The position numbers and the translations under genes were made by a program. Under the pieces are notes generated by a model that searched no databases, had not been told where the DNA came from, and was given only the letters and a program-made list of their open reading frames with translations. A stretch of DNA of 63,470 nucleotides, the filler included, from Intoshia linei (lineage: Eukaryota > Animalia > Orthonectida), in NCBI GenBank assembly GCA_001642005.1. It is 8 parts of 8 records of this genome, joined end to end, with 100 filler letters (N's around TTAATTAATTAA, not from the genome) between each part and the next. Parts side by side here need not be neighbours in the genome. Positions count along the whole stretch, not along the records: positions 50,748 to 57,439 come from LWCA01001670.1; positions 57,540 to 59,193 come from LWCA01002598.1; positions 59,294 to 60,717 come from LWCA01002621.1; positions 60,818 to 63,470 come from LWCA01002259.1; 4 more parts are not named here. One strand, 5' to 3'. Below, piece by piece: positions 52,856 through 63,470 of this stretch (the stretch's first letter is position 1; each line of letters opens with the position of its first letter).

Positions 52856-54271
52856 TATTTTTTATTTCTTTTTTAAAATTTCGTTTATTTTCTTTAAAAA
52901 TAATTATTATGATTGACACATTTATTTATTTGTATTCAAAAGAAAACTAGGTTTAATAAACCAGTTTTTTGGAAAATCTGGATGTATTGTTTTAACATGC
53001 AAGCTCAATCTGTTTTTTTAACATCTAAGATTTGTTTATATATTGCACAAATTGATTGAATACTACAATATTTGGGTGAAACTACAACTGTAGTTATTTC
53101 TGAAATAAATTCTCCGGCTATTTTTATAAGTGGTTTAAATCCAAAAAACTTGAGTCAAAAACGCATTTTTTTAATTATAATTAATAATTTCATATTTTAA
53201 TTGCTCTAAAGCCATTTTTTATCATTTTAAAGTCCGATTTTAACAAAAGAAAAGTGTTAATGTTAATGTTTTTATAAATGTAAGATGTCATCTAACATAA
53301 GAAAAAATTTCCTTTAGTAAATAAGTCATTAACGAGATATAACGTGTGGCTAAATAGTTGACTGCTGAGAAAAATGGGTTAAATTAAAATTGTTTAGACT
53401 CAACTTTAAAATAAATACACAGACAGCAAAGTAATTTTTTCAAAAAAATAATTTAGAACCAGTAAATTTAACAAATATAAAAAATTAAATAAAATTGTAA
53501 GTTTGGTATTAAGTAAAAATATAGATTAATGTAATTAAAAATAAAATAAATTAATCCATTTAATGATTATAATCGAATTATAAACAGCTGATCATCAGCT
53601 GTAAAAATTATAAAATAAATTCTTAAATCTTAAACATAAATACGATTGATAATGAAATCAAAATTTAGATATCAAATTAAAATGGTACACAGAAATATTG
53701 ACCCATAGTTAACAGTACACTAAAGTGTCACATTTTTTCGATAATTTTAGAATTTGATATACAATTAGCACTAAAAGTGTGTATTTTTAAAATAGAAAAA
53801 CTAATTCGCAATCAAAAATATTTAACGCTATCTATTCAAGTTGCGTTTGTCATTTTAAATATCACTATAAATATTGTGAAAAAATAAAAACTGAACTTTA
53901 TTTTAACGAAAATCGGCATTTGAGCTTTTAAACGTGGTACCGCCATTATAATACTGTTTTCAATGTTTAGTTATACAGTTTATTTTTTTAAATTTGTTTC
54001 TAGCTTAATTTTTTTGTATTTTATTAACGATTTAATTTTTTGAATTCTGGTTATTTACAATATAATAAATTCATTCAAATACACGACATTCAAGATCTTG
54101 TTAATCATGTTTGCAAAAATATAGTCATGTTTTCAATGAATATGGTCAATACAGAGATTCCATAATATACCAAAATTTATTAGATATTTTTTAGAAGCAC
54201 AAATTAAATTAATTTTTCACAATATATTCGGGAAATTAAAATTAAATTTATATTTATAATTATATATATAT

Positions 54272-54493
54272 TTATATCAAGTTAATATTATTTGCATGAA
54301 TTGTAGTTTCAAGATTATGATTGGATGTGATTCTACCTTTACAACCAGAACTTACACATTTCCAGTATAATGTGGTCATGTTCCTTTGATGTATTGTATA
54401 CATATATCCAAAGTGGTACAGCTTAGCCTTTCCTCTTAATGTCGAAAATAATTTTATACTGTTCGATTCCATGTTGATGTTAGTCTCTTCCAT
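54272..54493 (-). mobile_element. FLYWCH zinc finger, probable MULE transposase remnant
   Basis: RGKAKLYHFGYMY......YWKC...GCKGRI..H pattern. Confidence 0.65.
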
Positions 54494-54799
54494 TAAGTCT
54501 TTTGTTTATAATTTGAGTGACTATTATTAAGAGATTAAAATTATTTTTCAATTAAAAATAATCCTGTTGAAAAGATTTATTATTATAAAGTATTATAATC
54601 AAAATATTTTCCCTTTTTTTTCTAGGACAGAATTCACTACCAATATAATTTAATTGAAATATAATCTTGGATTAATTAATATCTAATCATTATTTATTAT
54701 TAATCTCGCCTTATAAATACTGCAGCACATATATTAAATATTTACGCTATTGAATATTTGATTTACGTTCATTATTTTTATATCAATTTCAATTCAGTT

Positions 54800-57420
54800 T
54801 TATTGCAATCTTTTAAAATACCAAAAATGACCACAAGAATTGGAGATATTTTNATATATAATCATTATTTATTATTAATCTCGCCTTATAAATACTGCAG
54901 CACATATATTAAATATTTGACTTACGTTTATTATTTTTATATCCTTTTCAATTCAATTTTATTGCAATCTTTTAAAATACCAAAAATGACCACAAGAATT
55001 GGAGATATTTTGGTTGGTCCATATTTCGGTTTCATTTTTAATGAACAGAAACTACCTACTAATAAAAATTNATATCAATTTCAATTCAGTTTTATTGCAA
55101 TCTTTTAAAATACCAAAAATGACCACAAGAATTGGAGATATTTTTGTTGGTCTATATTTCGGTTTCATTTTTAATGAACCAAAACTACCTACTAATAAAA
55201 ATGTTCTTTGCAGAATATTGTCAAAAAATAATCAAAACATAATATTACCATTTCGTGGTATTGCAAGTTAAATTTTCGATATATATTGTAAAACTGGATT
55301 GAATATAATAGGCATTGAACGTATTTATGTTAAATTAAAATATTTATTTCAAAATTACCAAAATGCATTCAGAAATTCTAATTCTCATGTATCATGGGTG
55401 GTGATGATGGGTGTGACACCCTACAGTATACAATTACATTTCATCATAGTAATAATAATAGTAATAATTTATAATATTATAATAATAGANTTTCAATTCA
55501 ATTTTATTGCAATCTTTTAAAATACCAAAAATGACCACAAGAATTGGAGATATTTTGGTTGGTCCATATATCGGTTTCATTTTTAATGAACAGAACCTAC
55601 TAATAAAAATGTTATTTGCAGAATATTGTCAAAAAAGAATCAAAACATAATATTGTCATTTTGTGGTATTGCAAGAGAAATTTTCGATATATATTGTAAA
55701 ACTGGATTGAATATAATAGGCATTGAACGTATTTATGTTAAATTAAAATATTTATTTCAAAATTACAAAAATGCATTCAGAAATTCTAATTCTCATGTAT
55801 CAAACAATTTTAAGCATGACTTAAATGCTTTATTTGAGGTTGCCAAATTCGACCAAAGCAAGACACTTAGTGAAGATATAGATTTTCTCGAGAAGCAAAA
55901 AATCGGAACAGGATATATGGCCTGTCAATATGGATATTATGGTAGTCCATCATTTAATTGATGTCAACTGAAGAAAATATATTTGAAGAGAAAGATGATT
56001 CTAAAATTAATATGTTACGCGTATGTGACTCTAAATTAATTTCAACACGAGGGGCAGCTATATTAATGGTAAATTATTAACACTAATGTAAATCAGGGTT
56101 CGGCAACCTTTTTCATCTCGTGAACTACTTTTATCAAACTTTACACATGATAAATTTTATTAAAATTTTATTATAATACAAACAAATAGATTTTTGGCGT
56201 AGGTAATATCAAATCATGATTAATTTTGATAAATTTATTATTTACGTAAATTAATGTAACAATGCATTCTAATTAAAATTTTAATCTTATTTTTTATGAT
56301 GGTTATATATTAATTGATAAAAATTTAAAAATAAATCATTGACTCAAAGAGCCACCAAAATTAATATGTGGACCACTGGTTGTCGATTCCAAATATAAAT
56401 AATGTATATATTAAATTTATGTTAATTAAATTACATGTATTATTAAAGTATATATTAATATAGGGTACATCTCATGAAACCAATAGAAAGAACAGAATGT
56501 TGGTTAAAATGAAAGACATAAAAACTATTCGGAGTTAAGTTAACAAAATTGTCAAATTTGTTATATATTTTGATAGCAAAAAATTTGGAACCGACGAAAA
56601 AATTGCAGTGGTGGTAATTGACACCAAAACAGCTAAAGAAATTGTTTTAGGTGTACCGAAACAATTAGGTGCAAAACGATGTACCACAGCTGCATCAGTG
56701 TGCAGAATTTTACAAGAATGGAATGTAAGTCATAAAGTTGTAGGTTTATGTTTTGACACAACTGCATCTAATACAGGATTTAAAAGTGAAAGCGTAAAGT
56801 TAATCAAAGATATACTAAATCATCTAATCGTGGAATTGCCTTATCGTCCTCATATCCTTGAGATAATTCTTTTGTCGGTTTACAAAAAATCCTTCGGGGA
56901 TACATGTCAACCAGATATAAATGATAATTTCGTAACAAAAGTTAAAGATATTCATTTTAATAATATAAACCGATATAATAAATGCTATAATCCACCAAAA
57001 TTAACAATGAATAACATTAATTTATCCAATATTATATTAACCCTATAACAAATACAAGAATACAAACGCGACGATTACAAAGAATTCAGTAAATTATTTA
57101 TATCAATTTTAAGTGGTAACAAAGTTACTCTATTGAAACCAGGTGCAATCTTAAAGGCTCGTTGGATGTGTAGGATTATATATGCCCTTAAGGCGTATAT
57201 TCTTAATATAGACAGAAGTCAATTAATAAATTCATGTCTATTATTTACAGCATATGGTTACATAACATTCTAGATGAATGCGGGCAGTGCTACGAATGCA
57301 TACCATAATGATGTTTAAATGGAACAATTTTGGCATGAATTAAGTATTGCATCTATGTCCTTAAAAGTATTATGTGATGTTGCTGTTGAGAAACATGATC
57401 TTCACAATTATTATATAGGG
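54800..57420 (+). mobile_element. Decayed hATm-like DDE transposase, partly duplicated at single-n joins
   Basis: KLPTNKNVL, VGLCFDTTASNTG, LPYRPHILEII, RDDYKEF, KPGAI.KARWM..IIYALK; tagggtgtcaca-type ends at 55410-55422 (-) and 11036 (+). Confidence 0.65.
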
Positions 57421-59299
57421 AAAGATGTTTCAGTTATTGNNNNNNNNNNNNNNNNNNNNNNNNNNNNNNNNNNNNNNNNNNNNTTAATTAATTAANNNNN
57501 NNNNNNNNNNNNNNNNNNNNNNNNNNNNNNNNNNNNNNNTTAAGACAAAAAGTCTCACTAGTGAGTCACTATTAGTGACTTCCAATACAGTTGAAAAATT
57601 CACTACAATTATCAATATATTTTTTAATTATGTTAATGGTTTCTATTTTCTATAATTATAAATTATTATTATATAATTTATAATCCAAACTAATAATACT
57701 CAACATTTTTTATTCTATATTGATAATTATAAATGAGTGGTCCCAATTGAGGTTCCTTGGGCCATTGGGGCCAAAACTATATGCCTGGGGATCCTAAGAT
57801 TTACATAAAATATAAACAAAAAATTTATCAACTTTTTGTATTATAATTGTTAATAGGAGAATTTTTAATATTACAGTTGCCAAATGTTTGGAATTTAGTA
57901 TAAGTATAATTAATAAGTATAATTAGTATAAGTGGAATAATTTACCGAAACCTAGAAGATAGCTACATTATTATTTCAAAAGTTCAATTTTTATCCTACA
58001 ATTAATAAAAATTCATAAAAAATACCATGACACATCTAAAAAAGTATCGAATTTTATAGCTCAAACTATTAAATTTTACGACTTGACTAATTTATTGCTT
58101 TTTATATACATGTATATATATTTTTCATTCATTAATATGGGTCATTTTTTTCTACTTGCTACTATTAATGTTATATTTTAAAAAGCGCGACCACTATAGG
58201 GTTAAGCGAAAAGTCCCCTTATTCCAATATTTTGTTGAAAACACTACTTTATCATATCTTATGAGACCTTTAAACGTTTAATTTTTTTATAAACGATTTA
58301 AATTTCATGTTTTCTTTGGGGTTCAAAAAAATACACATTTTTAAATGGGGGTCCTTACACTATTTGATTCTGGAACCACTGGTTTAAGTTGATATTTTTG
58401 ACCCTTTAATGGCAATTATTTGTAAACAATTAAGTTAATTTATTAAAACTTACTTCATGTTGTGACACTTTATANTAATCAAATATAAACAAAAAATTTA
58501 TCAACTTTTTGTATTATAAATGTTAATAGCAGAATTTTTAATATTACAGTTGCCAAATGTTTGAAATTTACCGAAACCTAAAAGATAGCTACATTATTAT
58601 TTGAAAAAATTCAATTTTTATCCTACAATTAATAAAAATTAATAAAAAATACCATAACACATCTAATAATGTTTTAAATAGTGTGATGCAAAATGAAAAA
58701 GTATCGAATTTTATAGCTCAAACTATTAAATTTTACAACTTGACATATTTATTGCTTTTTATATACATGTATATGTATTTTTAATTCATTAATATTACGT
58801 CATTTTTTTCTACTTGCTACTATTAACGTTATATTTTAAAAAGCGCGACCACTAAAGGGTTAAGCGAAAAGTTACCTTATTCTAATATTTTGTTGAAAAC
58901 ACTACTTTATCAAATCTTATGAGACCTTTAAACGTTTAATTTTTTCATAAACGAATTAAATTTCATGTTTCCTTTGGGGTCCAAAAAAATACACATTTTT
59001 AAATGAAGGTCCTTACACTATTTGATTCTGGCTTGGACCACTGGTTTAGGTTGATATTTTTGACCCTTTACTGGCAATTAATTATTTTTATCTTAACTAT
59101 TTCATGTTGTGACACTTTATAGTTTGATATATATTCATTAAAATCATCTTTTAGTATAATATATTGATTGTAATAATGCTGAAATTCATTAAANNNNNNN
59201 NNNNNNNNNNNNNNNNNNNNNNNNNNNNNNNNNNNNNTTAATTAATTAANNNNNNNNNNNNNNNNNNNNNNNNNNNNNNNNNNNNNNNNNNNNGGATTT

Positions 59300-60031
59300 A
59301 TTTGGTGAAAGCCATTGTTTTTTCAATTTTGTGTTATCCCATAATACTTATTTTTCATCTCCTGTTATAATTTGTTCTAAAAATAATTCATTTTTAAGCC
59401 TTTCAAGTAGTGATTTGCAAATATTTAAACGATTTAATTTGTGTTGACTAGTTAATACATGAGGAATCCAAATACCACATCTATTCGATTTATTCATCAT
59501 TTTAAGAGCTCGATATACACTTGTTTTTGAATAATTAGCAACATTTGATAATGACGTACATATTTGAATTGGAGATTTTATCAATTCCTCTTTAATTTTG
59601 TCTTCATCTACTAGACTAGGTCTACCAAAACGTTGGAAATTTTCTAGGTTATAATTGTTTTGTCTGAACTTTAAAAACTATCTTTAAGTTTTTCGTATGT
59701 TGATAGCATCTTTGCCATAAACATTACATATATTTTCATTAGTTTCCGATACGGTATGCCCCATATGAACTCATAAAGTAAAATATGTCTGATATGACCA
59801 TCATAATCATTCAATTATTTTCTCTAAATACTAATTAAAAATATGTTTGTCATCAGAAATTACTCTTTTATCCATATTTTTGTAATCGGAAATTACTCTT
59901 TCATCGAATACACATTTGTCCATATTTCGTAAAAATAAAAAAATAACGCGCTTACAATAAATATTCGATAAAAATATAGTTATTTATAATAAAGTTACAA
60001 TAAAAACGACATTACTTATGAAACAACCTAA
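59300..60031 (-). mobile_element. Mariner transposase pseudogene with left TIR
   Basis: HIRHILLYEF, RFGRP, GIWIPHVLT (WVPHEL), FLEQIITGDEK*; TIR ttaggttgtttcataagtaatgtcg with TA TSD; in-frame stops. Confidence 0.88.
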
Positions 60032-63000
60032 TACTAGCTTGATTGTTATGTATTTAAACTAAATTTTAGTCTAAAAAGCACATAGCTCTGCTAATATAAC
60101 TTTTTTAATTCTAAAAAAAAAGTATGTCTGAATTACCCCGTTTTACCATTTGGTTGTATCAACGCATTAAAGAAGTGGTTACCAAACTTATTATACTATG
60201 AACCCGAATTTTACATTAAATTAATATAACATTATTCACACTATAATGTCAAATTTGAAAATGTAATGGACGGTTAGTACTACCTTTATTTTTTAAATAA
60301 AAACACTTGAATTTGTTACGTTTGTGTGAGTGTGTTACCGTTCATTTAAAAAATTAAATTTCGTAGAATTTAAAAAAGCCAAATTTTTAATACTGTGATT
60401 TCAGAGTAATGTTTTTATGCAAATTATTTTCAGACATTAAGTCCTTCAAGGTCAAAAACCCAAATTTCCTTTTTTTTAATAATACCACCACTGATGGTCC
60501 ATCAGCCCTAAATTTTAAAAAAACAAATCAAACTCGTTTAAAGTCATTAACATTGTCGTAAATCTCAGCCTCAGAATTCTACATTTTCATAGTCAAATCT
60601 CCAAATTACCTTTTTTTTAAATATGAAGTCCTAGAATTTAAAAAAAAATGGTCAAAAAAGCATTTAGAAAACAAAAACGCACACAAGAAACAAGGACACT
60701 GAATAAACAAACTAAGTNNNNNNNNNNNNNNNNNNNNNNNNNNNNNNNNNNNNNNNNNNNNTTAATTAATTAANNNNNNNNNNNNNNNNNNNNNNNNNNN
60801 NNNNNNNNNNNNNNNNNGTTTATTTAGATAAATATTGAATTCTTTTAATTTTTTGAAAAGTATTTCAATCAATTTAGTACTACAAATTGATATATGTAAT
60901 TTCATAAGATCCAATGTTTTTCTTATTTATGAACATTAATGTTTATTTAGCGTTTGTTTTTAATAAAAGTGTACTCATCTAGGGTTAGGGAATACCTAGT
61001 TCCCAATTCTCTTTTGTTTTTCAAAATATTTTTGATATAGTTATTTTTTGTCAGCAGAAAGATTCTTGAATTAATGAACTCTTGGCTATAACAATAAAGC
61101 TTAATTTATCTTTACTAGCTAGTCGCGCAACATCTTATCTATAGATCTTTTAATAATTATAATAAATAATTATCTATCATTGGTTGATTTAAATTTTTAT
61201 TGTCACGAGTGATACTATGTACAACCTTTAAATGGTATGATAAAGATGAGGTAGAACCGCCACCACATTTAATTTTTTTGGAACACGCAGTACATGTGGC
61301 TTCACCGTTGATTTTCGTTGATTAGAAATATTGCCAAACAATAGAATTTTTTTTCATAATATAAAACAAGCATAATAATGTCTTAAAGGAAATTTTAAGT
61401 GAAAATATCAGAACGTGCATGATGTTATGATTGATATTATAGAAAAATCTTGTGTTTATTTATTTTTTAGTAATGCAGAATAAAAAATTTTAATTTATTT
61501 TATAATTATTTAATTTTAACCGGTTATCAACACTAAATAGAATGTGTATATAATCTTAAAAATAAAGTAAAAACAGTACAATCGATTGTATTCAGTTTTA
61601 ATAGGAAGCGCTATCATTTGAAAATTTTATACAGGGGCACTGGAGAATCAAAGGTTGGAAAACACTGTTGTAATGAATCAAATTCAACAGCCCAAATGAC
61701 TTGGGCGTGATTAACTAATACGTATCCCAAATTTTCAAACATTTATATGATTTTGTTAGTAAACCATCGCGGGTCACAATTTGGCCACCTTTCATTTATA
61801 TCAAATTTTTGATTTTTTAAATGATTTGGTACAAAAATTTCACATCATCAATATCCTTACTTATACAATATGCTTTGTTTGTCTGTGTGTCAATAACTAC
61901 CAGTCTTAAAATTATTTTTCTTATTCTACCACATTTCAATTACAGAATTTTCCGGGGTGTTAGCAAAATAAATTTCAACCTCCCAAACTCACATCTTACG
62001 GGTCAAGAAGCCCAATTGTAGTATAATGTTGTGGTTCGCAAAAATTCTAAATTTAAAATTTAAACTTTTAAATAAATTTGCCAGCTGTTGCCCCCCCTGG
62101 TTATATGATTAAAAATACTGAATATCGCTGAAATGGGGTTGATAGGGATATGATATAATATAGGATATAATGATAAGGAATGGGGTTAGAAGTAAGAGAT
62201 ACTTATTTTTAATTAAATTAACTAACTAAATACAAAAACTAAAAATAGCTCTGTAAACCCCAAAAATTGATTATGCAGCCCGGTTAAGAACCACTGCTTT
62301 AAGCACTTAATTGTATAGTTTATATATATACAGTAATCTCTCTACAACTCGCCAATTCTATAACTCGCCAATTGTGTATCTCGCTATACGATTATTACTG
62401 TAATATAAAAATATTAACATTTTATTCTATAACTCGCCATTTCTTTTACTCGCTATTAATTTAAAATATAAAACTAAAATTTTTAAAACCATTTTTCAGC
62501 ATAAGTTACGATTTTGTGTACTTAAGTTTTAAATCACGTTGAGGATTTATTACTTCCCTGCTTGAAAAAAATGTCGCAATTGGTGAAATACACGGATGTT
62601 AGCATTTCTGTGTTGTATATTGTCTTTATTTGTATGATTCTGTTTGACAATCCATTAAATGTTGCTTTTTTCTTTGCTGGTTCTTGTTCTATAAATATGA
62701 ACACTTTTATTGGAAATTCGTATGTTTTAATACACTCACTCTTCGAGTTCATGCATTAAAAGAAAACTGGTATCAGAAAGTGAAACTTTACGCACTAGAC
62801 ATGTATATAATTATTATCAATTTACATTATGTAATAAATTCAATAAAATATGTTCAAAAATTTTATAAAACAAAACAAAAGTATTCATTTATAAAATAAC
62901 ATATAAAATAATTTGTATTTTTAACAGTGGGAAACGAACAACATAAAATCTCTGAAAGAGTCACGGAAAGAAAAAGGTTGAGAACTATTGAAATAGATGA

Positions 63001-63470
63001 TTCATTTATTACGTCATCAATAAAATAATATACTTTTACAATAATAGTTTATTTATCAGTCTAAAATGGATTGATCGTACATAATTTATGTTTTTTTATA
63101 TTTTGAGGTAGATTTAAAAAAAATGGTTAATTGGGTTTTTGGCTCTTAAGAACTAAATTTAGGAAAATGAAACTGAGATATTAACATTATTCTCGAAAAA
63201 CTGTATTAGAGATTGGTGTTTTTTAATTCTACAACTTTTAATTTTTTAAATATACGGTAACACACACTGACATTCAATTTTATATTAGTAAAGTATTTTA
63301 CAAATTGTGTTGAATAACAAAAGAGGAAGAACACCAAACAAGATGGGTAAGACACTTCTTCATTTATCTTTAACTGTTGTGTAAATAAAAAAATGTTTTG
63401 ACTGAAGTTGAAACTAAAATGTAGCTGATTTGAAGAAGTTTAATATGTTCGTTAAGAATATTGGCAAAAT

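Noticed and set aside
54680-55800. Repeated KMTTRIGDI ORFs suggesting a repeat protein
   Set aside because: The copies are separated by single-n joins, which points to stacked haplotypes of one transposase remnant.
57810-59120. Tandem duplication of about 650 bp
   Set aside because: Separated by an n-join at 58476, non-coding, probably allelic redundancy.

Overview
Very AT-rich eukaryotic (animal) scaffold with many tiny GT-AG introns (about 35-45 nt). It is broken by artificial gap linkers (N..ttaattaattaa..N) and single-n joins. The style fits a compact, fast-evolving invertebrate such as an orthonectid, but that is only an inference. The left half (0-31 kb) is gene-dense and tightly packed: WDR78/DNAI4 (+, 5' partial), LEPROT/Vps55 (-), PPIE/Cyp33 (+), RBM5/10 (+), STE24/ZMPSTE24 (-, 5' in gap), RFX1-3/daf-19 (+), PIN4/Par14 (-), a decayed AF10/MLLT10 5' remnant (+), and a C10orf67-like coiled-coil gene (-) with a nested single-TM gene (+) in one intron. 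From 31 to 50 kb and from 53 to 63 kb the sequence is mostly transposon debris (non-autonomous Helitron family, hAT MITEs, Buster-like hAT, hATm-like, Tc1, mariner, piggyBac ends, Ty3/gypsy fragments, FLYWCH). At 50.7-52.9 kb lie the last exon of cytosolic HSC70 and a 4-RRM PABPC-like gene without an MLLE domain. The main result is that the 83-bp 'satellite' in the intron before the last HSC70 exon is a head-to-tail array of at least 5 (plus 1 partial) U14/SNORD14 box C/D snoRNA genes with about 11-nt spacers and divergent copies, i.e. a polycistronic intronic U14 cluster. The second is a probable 1-nucleotide exon needed to keep LEPROT in frame. All calls come from reading the sequence by eye and from remembered family motifs; no searches were run.
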